Source: an uncultured candidatus Brocadiaceae bacterium (GTDB taxonomy: Bacteria > Planctomycetota > UBA1135 > UBA2386). From it: 64,000 nt of DNA. The stretch lies in the NCBI GenBank assembly GCA_964542765.1, contig CAZIVO010000005.1, forward strand, positions 1,888 to 65,887, in the 5' to 3' direction. The position numbers were made by a program, and so were the translations under genes. The notes under the pieces were generated by a model, which made no database searches, was not told where the DNA came from, and saw only the letters and a program-made list of their open reading frames with translations. Below are positions 1-10,800 of this stretch, in pieces; the stretch's first letter is position 1, and every line of letters begins with the position of its first letter.

Positions 1-614
1 GCCATGAAGAGTAGCGCACCCGACAAGGTGAGCAGGCAGCTGGCCTTCGGCATGCGGCCGAAGCGGTCGAGCGCGCTGATGGCCATCGCGAGGATGCATG
101 CCATGTAGAGGGCCACCGGCACCAGCATGTCGCCGAGGTGAGGTTGGAGCACGAAGAAGATCAGGATTGCGGAGGCTGTGATCACGGAGCCAGCGATGAC
201 CTTGCCATTCCTGAGTCGAGGTGAGGATCTTGCGACCTGACGACCGGTGAGGAAGCCAGCGATGTAGCAAAGGTGAGCGATGAGGAAGGCAGCCAGGCCC
301 GGTATGAATTTGCCGAGCATCATGGCGACATCGCCACCACAGGAGAACAGGAGTCCGGCGGCGATCAGAGGTCTTCTCGAGCCTTCGCTGGGTGGCGCGT
401 TGAGGAGCCAGTAGCCGATCAGTAAGGGCATCAGCGAAGGTTTCAGGACGTGGATGCCGGTCTGCCAGCCGGCGGCCTCGCAAACCACCTCGGTGATGGC
501 GAGGATCAGGTAGGCGATGGCGAGGTGCGGCTGGATCGATTCCCCCTTGAGGTGTTTGAGAAATTGCCGCCCGCACGACTGCTCGGCGGGCAGGTGAATT
601 CCGGTGGTGGCCAC
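1..614 (-). CDS. Lysoplasmalogenase/YhhN-family membrane protein, 3' end truncated by the window edge
   Basis: Manual translation (not in ORF track) gives VLKPSLMPLL, LLFSCGGDVAMM, FIPGLAAFLIAHLCYI and VPVALYMACILAMAISA, typical YhhN motifs. Start uncertain; in-frame GTG at 614. Confidence 0.8.
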   Translation of the reverse strand, partial: MATTGIHLPAEQSCGRQFLKHLKGESIQPHLAIAYLILAITEVVCEAAGWQTGIHVLKPSLMPLLIGYWLLNAPPSEGSRRPLIAAGLLFSCGGDVAMMLGKFIPGLAAFLIAHLCYIAGFLTGRQVARSSPRLRNGKVIAGSVITASAILIFFVLQPHLGDMLVPVALYMACILAMAISALDRFGRMPKASCLLTLSGALLFM

Positions 615-710
615 ACCGTGAAGCTACTTCGTCGCGATGGATCGACAAGGGGATTCGCAGGTTCACCCTCCCGTGTGGAGATTCCGGGATGCCATGCGCA
701 TACTCGGGCC

Positions 711-1820
711 GTGTTCGTGATCAAGAATCTCACGCGTCGCCCATTCCGCAGCTTTCTCGCGATTCTGGGTATTGGCATCGGCGTTGGCGCTGTTGTCGGC
801 TTGGTCTCCCTTTCGCGCGGATTCGAGAAGGAACTCAACGACCTTCTGACGCGACTCCGTGGTGATGTGATCATCAAGCAGAAGGATCGTGTGAATCCCG
901 AGTCGAGCCGGATCAGAGAGGATGTCGTCGAAGAGATTGGGCAGATGGAGGGGGTTGCCGGGGTCAGCGGCTACATCTTTCAGTTGCTGTTCTTTGGCGA
1001 TTACCGCATCCCGATCTATGGGTTCCACCCGGAGCAGCCGGTCATGAAGAAGATTCGTCTGGAGTCGGGGCGATTGATCGAAAAGAGTGCGCTTGATGAG
1101 GTCCTGATCGGTGCCGAGGCAGCTCGCAACCTCGGCATTTCAGCGGGCGGTGAGATCACCGTGCCGCCGAGCGACCCCAAGGGCAAAAAACTTAAGGTGG
1201 TAGGGGTCTATGTCACCGGATCGGCATATCAGGATGCGGGTTGCATCGTTCATCTGCGTGCCGCGCAACTCCTGGCAAAGATGCCGGGGGCCGTGATGAT
1301 GCTGGCGGTCGATGTGCTCGACCGGGATGACGCCGCCGATGTCCGTGATTCCATCAGAGTCGCGTATCCGGAACTGGAGGTGATGCTGGCGACCGACTTC
1401 ACGAAGAACCTCAAGGATTACCAGCTCATCTCGGGTTTCACCTGGGCGGTATCCATGATCGCGGTCCTGGTGGGGGCGATCGGCGTACTCAACACCATGC
1501 TGATGAGCGTGTTCGAGCGGACCCGTGAGATCGGCATGCTGATGGCCCTGGGTTGGAGTCGCGCCAGGGTGCTGGCGATGATTCTGACGGAGGGTTTTGT
1601 CGTCAGCCTGATCGGCGGATTGGTCGGAGTCGTGGTCGGTATCTTCCTGGTCGATTTTGTTTCATCGATCTTGAGGGAATTGCCGATCATCCCGGGCCAC
1701 GATCTCACCCTGTTCGGTCAGGCGATGGCGCTCTCGTTGCTCCTGGGGACCCTGGGTTCCTTGGTTCCCGCGTGGAAGGCATCGCGACTTTCTCCGATGG
1801 AGGCGTTGGGCTATGAGTGA
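711..1820 (+). CDS. ABC transporter permease, MacB/FtsX (LolC/E-like) family
   Basis: KNLTRRPFRSFLAILGIGIGV first TM, periplasmic domain, NTMLMSVFERTREIG and P-A-S-LSPMEAL motifs. GTG 711 preferred over 450, which overlaps the YhhN gene. Confidence 0.88.
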   Translation: MFVIKNLTRRPFRSFLAILGIGIGVGAVVGLVSLSRGFEKELNDLLTRLRGDVIIKQKDRVNPESSRIREDVVEEIGQMEGVAGVSGYIFQLLFFGDYRIPIYGFHPEQPVMKKIRLESGRLIEKSALDEVLIGAEAARNLGISAGGEITVPPSDPKGKKLKVVGVYVTGSAYQDAGCIVHLRAAQLLAKMPGAVMMLAVDVLDRDDAADVRDSIRVAYPELEVMLATDFTKNLKDYQLISGFTWAVSMIAVLVGAIGVLNTMLMSVFERTREIGMLMALGWSRARVLAMILTEGFVVSLIGGLVGVVVGIFLVDFVSSILRELPIIPGHDLTLFGQAMALSLLLGTLGSLVPAWKASRLSPMEALGYE

Positions 1821-2475
1821 GCCGGCGATCCGGGCCGTAGATCTGACGAGGAGCTACGAGAACGGCCTCGTCGAGGCGGTGACAGGCGTGTCCGTTCATG
1901 TCGCGTCCGGCGAATTCGTTGCCATCATGGGTCCTTCGGGGAGTGGGAAGTCGACCTTCTTGAACTGTGTCGGCACCCTGGATTGGCCGACATCGGGTCA
2001 GGTTTTTCTCGATGGTGAGGAGGTCATCAACGGGCCGCACGTGCATCGGTTGCGGCGGCGCAAGATTGGCTTCGTGTTCCAGTTTCATAATCTGATCCCC
2101 AATCTGACGCTTGCCGAGAATTTGCAGATACCCCTGTCGGGGGCGGCGATGACGCGCAAGGAGAAGCGCGAGCGTGCGCTGTATCTGCTCGATCGTGTCG
2201 GTCTCGGTCCGCGGGCACGCCACCGGGCCAATCGCGTTTCCGGGGGAGAGCGTCAGCGGGCAGCGATTGCGCGGGCGTTGGTGAACAATCCATCGATCTT
2301 GCTGGCTGATGAGCCGACAGGAAACCTAGATAGTGCGAATGGTCGCGTCGCCCTCGATCTCTTGCTGGAACTCCGAAGGGACGCCGGCATGACCATGGTC
2401 GTGGTCACGCACAACCCCGAGGTGGCACGATCCGCCGACCGGGTGTTCGAGTTCCGTGATGGCAGGATCGTGTGA
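1813..2475 (+). CDS. ABC transporter ATP-binding protein, LolD/MacB type
   Basis: Walker A GPSGSGKS, signature VSGGERQR, Walker B LLADEPTGNLD, H-loop VTH; overlaps the permease stop. Confidence 0.93.
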   Translation: MSEPAIRAVDLTRSYENGLVEAVTGVSVHVASGEFVAIMGPSGSGKSTFLNCVGTLDWPTSGQVFLDGEEVINGPHVHRLRRRKIGFVFQFHNLIPNLTLAENLQIPLSGAAMTRKEKRERALYLLDRVGLGPRARHRANRVSGGERQRAAIARALVNNPSILLADEPTGNLDSANGRVALDLLLELRRDAGMTMVVVTHNPEVARSADRVFEFRDGRIV

Positions 2476-2500
2476 AGTCCGCTGACGCAGTGGCCTGTGC

Positions 2501-5500
2501 CTACAACTTGATCGTGACGTCGTCTCGCAGGAAGTGAATTTCGCGCGCTGGCGACTGGCTCAGTTCGAGAGCGCGCATGACTCCCTCTCCGTAGGCTGAG
2601 AGTTGCGGTTCGTGTCGTTGCGCAGCGTCTTGATGTTTCCCTGGTTCGACCTGATCGGTCTTGTAGTCGATGATGGTCCAGGCCGAGCCTTTTTCTTCGA
2701 GGAGGAGGTCGATGATGCCGCTCCTGTCTTGACCCTTGTCATCCATGTAGGCGATGGCGACCTCGCGCCGAGTCTGTTTCGCATTCTGTATCCGAGCATG
2801 TAGATCGGACGCGTGGAATTGTCTTGCGATTCTCATGACATCCTCGCGGAGGTCTTCGAGGCCCGCTGTCAGTGTCTCGATGAGTCCCTCATCAGGCCCT
2901 TCCAGGTCCATGTCGACGAGCGCCAGATATTCATGAGCACAGTTTCCCAGTGACAGGGCCCGCTCGCGCGATGAGGCATCACCTTCGGTTGTCGCGTGGT
3001 CTTCGCCGGCGCTGCTGGGCAAGGCGCGGATCGGTGTGGATCGATCAGCGAGGGCTCGGACGCTTGCGGTGAAGGCCTGATAGGCGCGGATGGTCCCTTG
3101 CACATCCACATCTTTGTTGCGTGTCCGTGGTGTAGGCTCAGGTTCTTTGGCTTCGCGAAGAGTGAACAGCCCGGGGTCGATGGCGTCGATATCGTCTTGC
3201 CATGGAGATGGCCTCCTGGAACTTCCGCTACCGAACATCACGAGACGTTCCTCTGCGCGGGTTGCAGCAACGTAGAAGATCCTTTGCTCCTCTGCGCGGG
3301 AATGACGCTTGGCCTCTCCATCGGCGATCAAGCTGGCCGTGCTGCTCACTCCGCCTATTCGCACACCGACGATTTCTTCGCCGGTTACCGTGAAGAGACG
3401 CTGAACCGATCCGGATTGCGAAGATCGTCCGGCGCGATCTTCACGTGCTAGATCCGGCAAGATCACCACGGGAAATTCGAGTCCCTTGGCCTTGTGCATG
3501 GTCATGACTCGCACAGCGTTCATGTCCTGATCGAAAAGGGGGCTCTCCTCGTCATCGGTCTCATCTGCAGCACGTTGCTCCAGGAGATCGGCGGTCTCTT
3601 GAAGGTCGATCGGTCGTTGACCGAGGAGTTGGTGCAGGAGTCGATCGATATTGGCCAATCGCTGGGCTCCTTCGTAGCCGCTGCCCTCGCCGATCAGGAA
3701 CTCATCTCGGGCCAGAAGGCATCTGAGGGCCCCGTCGATGGGCATCTCGCAGATCGCGAGGTAAAGCTTTCTGAGGCACCGCAGGCAATCCTGGACAGGC
3801 CCTTCCTCGTCCGTCACCAGTCGGAAATCGAGGCTGTCATGTTCCTGTGCGAAGGCGAGGATATCGCTGTCTCGTGCGTCGCTGAACACCGATCGCAACA
3901 GCGTCAGGACCGCGACCGGATCGTGTGGTCGGGCCATCGCCGCGATCAGGGCTGTCGCCAGGACGATCTCCTGACGGCGATAGAATCGTTTGCTTCCATC
4001 GAGTACGTAGGGGATCTCGGCGATACGGAGTGGTCGCAGGAGCCAGTTCGTGTCGGTGGCAGCCCGTAGCAGGATGACGATGTCGCCGTAACCAATCTCT
4101 TGTTGGCGAAGTTCTTTGATCGTTTCGACTGCGAGCCAGCCCTCGGCCTTTCTTCTGGCCGACGCAGGAGTCTTGTCCCCCAGGTTCAGTCGTAGCATCG
4201 AGACGGCGTCGGGTACACCCCGATCACGCGTGGCCTGCACAGCTTCGTAGCCATGCTGGTAGGGCGGGTCAGCGGTGAGGCTTCGTTCGCAGAGGCCGTT
4301 GACGAAATGCAGGATTTCCGGCCGACTGCGGAAGTTGGCGGTCAGTTCAAGCTGGATTCCCCCCTGAGCATTGATCTTCTCGACAGCGCGGAAGAAGGCC
4401 GCGATGTCTGCGCGACGGAATCGATAGACACTCTGCTTGGCATCGCCGACGATGAAAAGGGACCCCGGCCTGAGTTCGAGATCCATGGGTTCGTCGACAG
4501 GATCCTCGCCGGGCATCGCCGCAAGGAGGAACAGGATGTCGTATTGCAGTGGATCGGTGTCCTGAAACTCGTCGACGAGGATGGCCTTCAAGGGAGAGCC
4601 GATGCGTGATCGCAAGGTTCCTTTGCGCATCAGGCTTGCTCGGGTAAGGAGGAGAAGCTCATCGAAGCTGGCCATGCCCGAGTGGGCGCTTTTGCGGCGG
4701 ATATCCTCGATGAAGGGCATCAAGAACTCGATCACGGCGGAAACAGTCTCGTCGTCGCCTTGTGCGTAAGGCTTGAGTCTGTCGGCATGTTGGGTGAGCG
4801 CCTCGGTTGCTTGCTCACTGACCTCCTTGCCGAGTTGTCTGGCGCCCGCTGCCGGTGTTTTCTTGTCGATTTCGGCAACTGTGGGCCGCTCGCCTTGGCT
4901 CAGTGTTCGATATCCAGTGAGCAGGGAGTCCGCGTATTGCCGCCAGGGTTCACGCGCTTTGGTGTGATGGGCTATCAGCCCCTCGAGGTCGGCGATGTGC
5001 CGATCCAACTGCCCCAGAGCCGGTGTTTCACCGATCTTGTTCCAGGAGCTCGCAGGGAGTTCATGAAGAGCCCAGGCCAGCTGGCACAACTGATGGGGCT
5101 CGAAGCGAACAAGCACCGGATCGAGGCCGCCGAGATCCTGCAGGAAGTGGGTGAACCTGAGGTCGAAATCTCTGCGGAGGTTGGCGGGCGCATCAGCACT
5201 GAGGCCCGGCGGGATGCCCAAGGCGCGGGCATTGTCTTGCAAGAAGCGCAGACAAAAGCCATGAAAGGTGGAGATCGCGACCTGATCGGAAAATCCAAGG
5301 ACGTCTTGAACACGTGACAGGTCCTCGCGCCACAAGCCAACTTCTTCGAGCACGTAACGATCGCTCTCTTCGATCTTTTTTCCATCCAGCCAGGGCTCGA
5401 CGGAACGCAGGAGTCTCTCGAGCCGTTCGCGCATCTCGGTGGCGGCGGCCTCGGTGAAGGTCAGGGCCAGAACTTCGCGAGGATCGAGGCGTTGGCGCAC

Positions 5501-5629
5501 GAGTGCGGTGAGCAGGCGGCCGACGAGCAGGGATGTCTTGCCGGTACCTGCTCCTGCGGTGACCACGAGGTTCTGTTCGAAGTCGGTCAGGGCTGCGCGC
5601 CGGGCATCGCGGTCAGGGAGTTCGGTCAC
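2501..5629 (-). CDS. addA: AddA-like UvrD-family helicase with C-terminal RecB-type nuclease
   Basis: AGAGTGKT, LTFTEAA, VDEFQD, VGDAKQSVYRFR, MTMHKAKGLEF, EEQRIFYVAATRA and C-terminal GIIDLL...IIDYKT. Confidence 0.88.
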   Translation of the reverse strand: MTELPDRDARRAALTDFEQNLVVTAGAGTGKTSLLVGRLLTALVRQRLDPREVLALTFTEAAATEMRERLERLLRSVEPWLDGKKIEESDRYVLEEVGLWREDLSRVQDVLGFSDQVAISTFHGFCLRFLQDNARALGIPPGLSADAPANLRRDFDLRFTHFLQDLGGLDPVLVRFEPHQLCQLAWALHELPASSWNKIGETPALGQLDRHIADLEGLIAHHTKAREPWRQYADSLLTGYRTLSQGERPTVAEIDKKTPAAGARQLGKEVSEQATEALTQHADRLKPYAQGDDETVSAVIEFLMPFIEDIRRKSAHSGMASFDELLLLTRASLMRKGTLRSRIGSPLKAILVDEFQDTDPLQYDILFLLAAMPGEDPVDEPMDLELRPGSLFIVGDAKQSVYRFRRADIAAFFRAVEKINAQGGIQLELTANFRSRPEILHFVNGLCERSLTADPPYQHGYEAVQATRDRGVPDAVSMLRLNLGDKTPASARRKAEGWLAVETIKELRQQEIGYGDIVILLRAATDTNWLLRPLRIAEIPYVLDGSKRFYRRQEIVLATALIAAMARPHDPVAVLTLLRSVFSDARDSDILAFAQEHDSLDFRLVTDEEGPVQDCLRCLRKLYLAICEMPIDGALRCLLARDEFLIGEGSGYEGAQRLANIDRLLHQLLGQRPIDLQETADLLEQRAADETDDEESPLFDQDMNAVRVMTMHKAKGLEFPVVILPDLAREDRAGRSSQSGSVQRLFTVTGEEIVGVRIGGVSSTASLIADGEAKRHSRAEEQRIFYVAATRAEERLVMFGSGSSRRPSPWQDDIDAIDPGLFTLREAKEPEPTPRTRNKDVDVQGTIRAYQAFTASVRALADRSTPIRALPSSAGEDHATTEGDASSRERALSLGNCAHEYLALVDMDLEGPDEGLIETLTAGLEDLREDVMRIARQFHASDLHARIQNAKQTRREVAIAYMDDKGQDRSGIIDLLLEEKGSAWTIIDYKTDQVEPGKHQDAAQRHEPQLSAYGEGVMRALELSQSPAREIHFLRDDVTIKL

Positions 5630-8505
5630 GATGCCTTCTCCGTCCCGTCATCCGGCAGCATGAGCTGACGGGAAGATTTCTTTGCGAGTTCGAAGTAGCG
5701 GCGGAGTTCGGCTCGCTCGTCCTTTCCGACGCGTTCGTGACTCGGAGGGTGGAGGCGCCGGCAGGCCAGGCGGAAGTCGCACCACGAGCAATGCTGAGGG
5801 TCAGGGGCGGGCACGAAGGCTCCGCTGGTCCGCAATTCTGCCAGGACGGCGAGCGTTTCATCGATGGCCTCTCGCTTGCTGCCAACCATCCAGCCTGCGC
5901 AGTCGGCGAGCATCGAGCGCGAGGCTTGCTCGTCATTTGCCGATGCCGCGGGTCGGATCTTGCGTATTTCGAGTTCTGCCGGGCCATCTCCATCACTTTG
6001 GTGCAGCAACAGGCCGTAAGCGATGAGCTGGGGTTTGCGGCCCTTCAAGATCATGGCCGTGTTGGTTTGTTTGTCGGGATTGGCACCGGTCTTGTAGTCG
6101 ATGACACGACCGTCACCATCGGCCAGCCGGTCGATGCGATCAACGCGGCCGCGCAGGGGCAGAGCGACCGGGGATCCGTTGGGGCGTGCAGGCTCGAGTA
6201 TTCCCTCGATGTTCCGTTCGAAATCGATGGGCCGGGAACCGTCTTGGCTCATGATCTCGAGGTCGAAGCGGATGGCTTCTTCGATGGCCTGCCACCATTT
6301 TTTTTCGAACAGGTCGCGCAGCACAGGGATCTCGCATCGATGGATGGCAGGTTCGTCGCGGAGTTGCTCTCCGAAGGTTGTCCTGGCGAGGTTCAGGATC
6401 TCGGAAGCCAGCGTCGTCGGGTCTTCGGCGGCTCCGAGGCGGTCGCGGAAGGATCGCAATGCGTTCTCCATGACCTCGTGGACGATGGAGCCGGCGCGAT
6501 CGGCAGGCAGTGACAAGGGATCTGGATCCCTGGGCAAGGGGCGCAAGCCCATCGCTCGCGAGAACAGATATTGCTGCGGGCAGGTCGCGAGTTTCTCCAG
6601 TGCATACATGGACTCGGCCCGTGTCAGGTCCACGAGTGCTGGAGAAACGACGCCATCACGGCCGAGATCATCCGAGGAGAATGTTTCGAGCCCTTGTGCG
6701 CGAGCGAGAACCTTGGCGCCGGTATCTCCTGCGACCTCGGCGATCTCCTGTGCCGAAGCCTTTTGCAAGGCCAGATCGATGAGGCAAAGGTCGCGAGGGC
6801 AGATGCCCGTCTCGATCCGCATCTTCGCGCGCTGGCCAGGGTGGGTGGGTTCGTATGTGGGCTGGGGCCATTGCGGTTCAAGCTCCTCGAGCCAGGGGCT
6901 GGCGGACGTGGCCTTGCCGCGCCCGTCCCGCCGTGGTCGGCTGATGATGGCCGTGTCGGCTCCTTGAGCCAGACAGGATTCGAGCAGTTTGCGCTCGCGT
7001 TCACGGGCGATCTCGGCGGAGGCCATGCCGGGGATCGAGGCTCGAAGGGGATCGGTCAGGAACTGTGTGCTGGGCGATGGTCCGGGGATGGCATCGCGGT
7101 GGAGGCCGAGCAGGTGGATGTGCCGGGCGGGATAGGCGGGCAGATCCTTGTATTCGATGAGATGTACGCCGATGCCCGAGTCCATGGCCAAGCCGCGTTT
7201 GCTCAGGAGGTCATGCAGCTCACCCAGGAAGTCTTCGTCCTTCGCGCCTGCCGGATCTATCAAGGAGATGCTTTGCAGGCATGCCTCGATCCGTGCGGCA
7301 CAATCTTTCTCGCGTGCCGCGGATGTAGGAGTTCGCAGGAGTGCTTGCTGGGTCTGGCGCAGGAGGTCGGCACGAGCCTTGAAGGTCAGGGTCTTGCCGT
7401 TGGTGTTCGCGAGGTCTGCGATCTGCAAGAGTTGCGCGGCAGCACTGGGCGCCTTCTCGCATAGTTCGTTCAAGAGGGTTCGGGTGTCCTCGTTTCGCCC
7501 ATGCAGTCGTTGTTCGCGCGAGAAGACCTCCAAGCAGTGTAGTTCCTGGGGAGGGATGGGATCGCGGAGGAGGGGAGATCCGGCAATGGCTGCCCAACTC
7601 GATCGCGATGCCGTGCCGAAGAGGATCTGGGCGAGGTGCGAGCACAGGGCAGCGCGCGGTTCACCGAGCAGGGATGTTTCGGCCTTCGGTCGCACGGGCA
7701 CACCTTCGCATGCGAAGGCATGCACGATGTAAGGGACATATTCGCCGAGGCTTGGAGCGGCCAGTGCCATCTCGTTGAGCGGCACGCCGCGTGCGGATGC
7801 ATCCATGCACAAGTGTGCCGCGAGTCGTAACTCAGCACCGAGGTCCGCAGCCAGATGGTGATGTTGTTCTTTGGCCGGGACCGGTTCTTCGGATCGGATG
7901 CGCAGGGCAGCACCGGCTTCGGCGGCTGCGGTCAGGAGTCGCACCACATCGCCTTCGAGGTGGGGGACTCCAGCGACCAGGATATGTACCGGCCAGTGTT
8001 TCTTGCGGGCGAGGGTTTCGGTGGCGAGTTCGATCATTCGGGCTGGTGTGCGTCGGTTTCGTGTCCGCGACCTGAAATCTTCGGTGATCTCGTTCAGTTC
8101 GATCGACCAGGGGTCATCCAGGACCATCTCGTAAGGACCGGCATGCTGCAGTTCCTTGACCGCCGCCAGGAGTTCTGCCAGTGCCGCGGGGAAGGCTGCG
8201 GCGTAACGTGCAACTGCTCCTTGGCGCCCTATCAGGCAATCCCTGAGGATTTCGCGCTCCTCGAGCGGGTCCATCGACTGGCTCGGAGCGGCGACTCCGA
8301 AGTGCTGGAGACAGGCGCTCGCCAGGGCTTGGGCATTCGAAAAGGAGACGCCGAGAAGGGCGTTTCCTCCGGCCAGGACCGCTTGGCGCTGTGCGGCAGC
8401 GGCGCGCGCAGAGCTTGTGAGGATGATTGCTTCACCACCATCGGTTTTGCTCAACTCATCGAGGAGCCATTGCGTGAGGGGGTGTGGTTTGGTTGTAGAC
8501 CGCAA
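5626..8505 (-). CDS. addB: AddB-like PD-(D/E)xK nuclease subunit with Fe-S staple cysteines
   Basis: LATCPQQY, GSIVHEVME, RGRVDRID, IDYKTG, PQLIAY, HCSWCDFRLAC; 4-bp overlap with the addA start. Confidence 0.8.
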   Translation of the reverse strand: MRSTTKPHPLTQWLLDELSKTDGGEAIILTSSARAAAAQRQAVLAGGNALLGVSFSNAQALASACLQHFGVAAPSQSMDPLEEREILRDCLIGRQGAVARYAAAFPAALAELLAAVKELQHAGPYEMVLDDPWSIELNEITEDFRSRTRNRRTPARMIELATETLARKKHWPVHILVAGVPHLEGDVVRLLTAAAEAGAALRIRSEEPVPAKEQHHHLAADLGAELRLAAHLCMDASARGVPLNEMALAAPSLGEYVPYIVHAFACEGVPVRPKAETSLLGEPRAALCSHLAQILFGTASRSSWAAIAGSPLLRDPIPPQELHCLEVFSREQRLHGRNEDTRTLLNELCEKAPSAAAQLLQIADLANTNGKTLTFKARADLLRQTQQALLRTPTSAAREKDCAARIEACLQSISLIDPAGAKDEDFLGELHDLLSKRGLAMDSGIGVHLIEYKDLPAYPARHIHLLGLHRDAIPGPSPSTQFLTDPLRASIPGMASAEIARERERKLLESCLAQGADTAIISRPRRDGRGKATSASPWLEELEPQWPQPTYEPTHPGQRAKMRIETGICPRDLCLIDLALQKASAQEIAEVAGDTGAKVLARAQGLETFSSDDLGRDGVVSPALVDLTRAESMYALEKLATCPQQYLFSRAMGLRPLPRDPDPLSLPADRAGSIVHEVMENALRSFRDRLGAAEDPTTLASEILNLARTTFGEQLRDEPAIHRCEIPVLRDLFEKKWWQAIEEAIRFDLEIMSQDGSRPIDFERNIEGILEPARPNGSPVALPLRGRVDRIDRLADGDGRVIDYKTGANPDKQTNTAMILKGRKPQLIAYGLLLHQSDGDGPAELEIRKIRPAASANDEQASRSMLADCAGWMVGSKREAIDETLAVLAELRTSGAFVPAPDPQHCSWCDFRLACRRLHPPSHERVGKDERAELRRYFELAKKSSRQLMLPDDGTEKAS

Positions 8506-8537
8506 GCTATCAAGGTACCGTTTGCTCGCGAGGATTC

Positions 8538-9317
8538 ATGGATGTCCTGTTGATCAGTAGTCGAAGCAGCGGTCCCGAGCCTCATCCCAGCGGTGTCGGA
8601 GCCCTGGAGATGGCGTCTTCGCTCGCTTCAGCGGGGCATGCGGTGCGCTGGATCTGCCCGGCGGGTTCGGGGAAAGCTGGAGAACTTGCGGTGCCCGGCA
8701 ATGTTGAACAGATCCGGATCTCTTCCCAGGCTCCGCCTTTTCACGAGGTTCAGGGTCAACTTGCAGATCTTGAACTGGAACGCATCTTGTGTGGGGAGAT
8801 CCGTCGCCGCTTGCCGGATATCGTTCATCAGGTCGGTTTCGGGGGGGAGGCCTCGGTGATGTTGCCCTGGATTGCGGATCGGCTCGGAAGCCACTCCATC
8901 GTGACCCTGGTCTCGCGTGAAGAATTCCTCTGTCACAAGGGCGTCCTCGTTAATGAGCGGGGTGACGCTTGTCAGGAATGGGAAAATCCCCAGCGCTGTG
9001 TCGAATGTTGCCATACACCATCCCCGGGGGGGCTGACGGCGCGACAGGCTTTCTTGGCGCGCTGGATGCGCTGGTTCCCGGCCCTTTCTCGCTACCCACA
9101 GGTGCCCGACTTCGAGATTCGCCGCGATCTTTTGGTCGGCGGCCTCCTGCCGGCAACTCTCGTGCTCGTCGCCAGCGAGGATGATGCGGCGATGGTCTCA
9201 GCGATGGGAGTGCCGCGGTCTTCGATCGAGCTGTCGCCTCGTTCGGGCGATGTCGAGGCCTTGCTGGCGATCCACGATCTCGCCCTGGAGCGAGCCGTAA
9301 AGGTTGCTCGGGCGTAG
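8538..9317 (+). CDS. GT4 glycosyltransferase N-terminal-domain-like protein with Cys-rich insert
   Basis: MDVLLIS...SGVGALEMASSLASAGHAVRWIC and PDIVH resemble GT-B N-terminal domains; LCHKG...C...CVECC; no C-terminal E-x7-E motif. Confidence 0.55.
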   Translation: MDVLLISSRSSGPEPHPSGVGALEMASSLASAGHAVRWICPAGSGKAGELAVPGNVEQIRISSQAPPFHEVQGQLADLELERILCGEIRRRLPDIVHQVGFGGEASVMLPWIADRLGSHSIVTLVSREEFLCHKGVLVNERGDACQEWENPQRCVECCHTPSPGGLTARQAFLARWMRWFPALSRYPQVPDFEIRRDLLVGGLLPATLVLVASEDDAAMVSAMGVPRSSIELSPRSGDVEALLAIHDLALERAVKVARA

Positions 9318-9326
9318 CCGTCACCG

Positions 9327-9818
9327 TCAAGAGCGGCGACAGTAGCGGCGGATGCTGAAGGCGTATTCGTGGCGATCGTCTTTCTCATGAGACCGGTCGT
9401 CAGCCAGTTCCCACTCATCCCAGTCGATCTCCCCAAAAAGCACGTCGCCCTCCACTTCTGCATGCACCAGGGTAACGCAGAGTTCATCGGCCCTGGGCAA
9501 GGCGAGGTGGTAGATCCCGGCGCCGCCGACGATGAAGACTTTTTCGGCATCCTTGGCAGCGTCGAGAGCTTCGTCCAAGGAGTGTGCGATGGTGACGTTG
9601 TCGGCCTCGAATTGTTGATTTCGAGTCACCACGATTGACCGTCGGTCAGGCAGAGCTCTGCGCCCGATGGAGTCGAAGGTGCGGCGACCCATCACGATGG
9701 TATGGCCGCTGGTAAGGCGTTTGAAATGCGAGAGGTCTTCGGGAAGGTGCCACGGCAGCCCGTTTTCCTTGCCGATGACGTGGTTTTCGGACATCGCCCA
9801 GATGAGCGAGATCTTCAT
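9327..9818 (-). CDS. folA: Dihydrofolate reductase
   Basis: [47 protein letters not shown]; overlaps the thyA stop. Confidence 0.97.
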   Translation of the reverse strand: MKISLIWAMSENHVIGKENGLPWHLPEDLSHFKRLTSGHTIVMGRRTFDSIGRRALPDRRSIVVTRNQQFEADNVTIAHSLDEALDAAKDAEKVFIVGGAGIYHLALPRADELCVTLVHAEVEGDVLFGEIDWDEWELADDRSHEKDDRHEYAFSIRRYCRRS

Positions 9819-10609
9819 ACCGCTACCGGTGCCTTGATGTGAGGCCAGGGGTCGTAGTCAGTCAATTCGAAGCTCTCGTAGCGGAAATCGAAAAGCGACT
9901 TCACGCTCGGATCGATCTTCATGGTCGGCAGGCTGCGTGGGTCGCGCTCGAGTTGCATGCGCGTTTGCTCGAGATGGTTGCGGTAGAGGTGTGCATCGCC
10001 GAGCGTATGCACGAATTCGCCCGGTTTCAGACCCGAGACCTGTGCCACCATGAGGGTGAGCAGCGCGTAGGAAGCTATGTTGAAGGGTACGCCAAGAAAG
10101 ATGTCGGCGCTGCGCTGGTAGAGCTGGCAGGAGAGCTTTCCCTGTGCGACCCAGAACTGGAAGAGCAGATGGCAGGGCGGCAGTGCCATCCGGTCCAGGT
10201 CACCGACGTTCCATGCACTGACGATGATCCTCCGCGAGTAAGGGTCTCCCTTGATCTGCTCGAGCGCCCTGGTGATCTGGTCGACACAGCCACCGTCGGG
10301 GGTTGGCCAGGAGCGCCACTGGTGGCCGTAGACGGGTCCCAACTCACCGGCCTCATCCGCCCACTCATTCCAGATCGAGACACCGTGCTCGTTCAGATAG
10401 TCGATGTTCGTGTCGCCGCGAAGAAACCACAGCAGTTCATGAATGATGGATCGGAGGTGGAGTTTCTTGGTTGTTACCAGGGGAAATCCGGCCTGGAGAT
10501 CGAAGCGCATCTGATGGCCGAAGACTCCGAGCGTTCCGGTTCCGGTCCGGTCATCACGATCGACACCGGTTTCCAGGACGCGGCGCATCAGGTCGAGGTA
10601 TTGCTTCAT
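9815..10609 (-). CDS. thyA: Thymidylate synthase
   Basis: [50 protein letters not shown]. Confidence 0.98.
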   Translation of the reverse strand: MKQYLDLMRRVLETGVDRDDRTGTGTLGVFGHQMRFDLQAGFPLVTTKKLHLRSIIHELLWFLRGDTNIDYLNEHGVSIWNEWADEAGELGPVYGHQWRSWPTPDGGCVDQITRALEQIKGDPYSRRIIVSAWNVGDLDRMALPPCHLLFQFWVAQGKLSCQLYQRSADIFLGVPFNIASYALLTLMVAQVSGLKPGEFVHTLGDAHLYRNHLEQTRMQLERDPRSLPTMKIDPSVKSLFDFRYESFELTDYDPWPHIKAPVAV

Positions 10610-10761
10610 TGCGAGGTGGGCCCGCTAGCGGACTGTCACGTGCTTACCGCTCGGCGGCCTGTTTTGCCACCCTTGGGTCTGGTGGAGCGGCTCAGATTGC
10701 GAGTTTTGCTGACCGTATGGCGTGCAGCCAGACCTGATTTTGTCGTGAGGGGGGGGGTGAT

Positions 10762-10800
10762 TAAAAGAGGACGGACCAATCCCACCGGATCAGTCCGCCC
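10762..10800 (-). terminator. Rho-independent terminator
   Basis: Minus strand reads GGGCGGACTGATCC-GGTG-GGATTGGTCCGTCC-TCTTTT: a 14-bp stem (with G:U pairs) and a U-rich tail. Confidence 0.75.
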
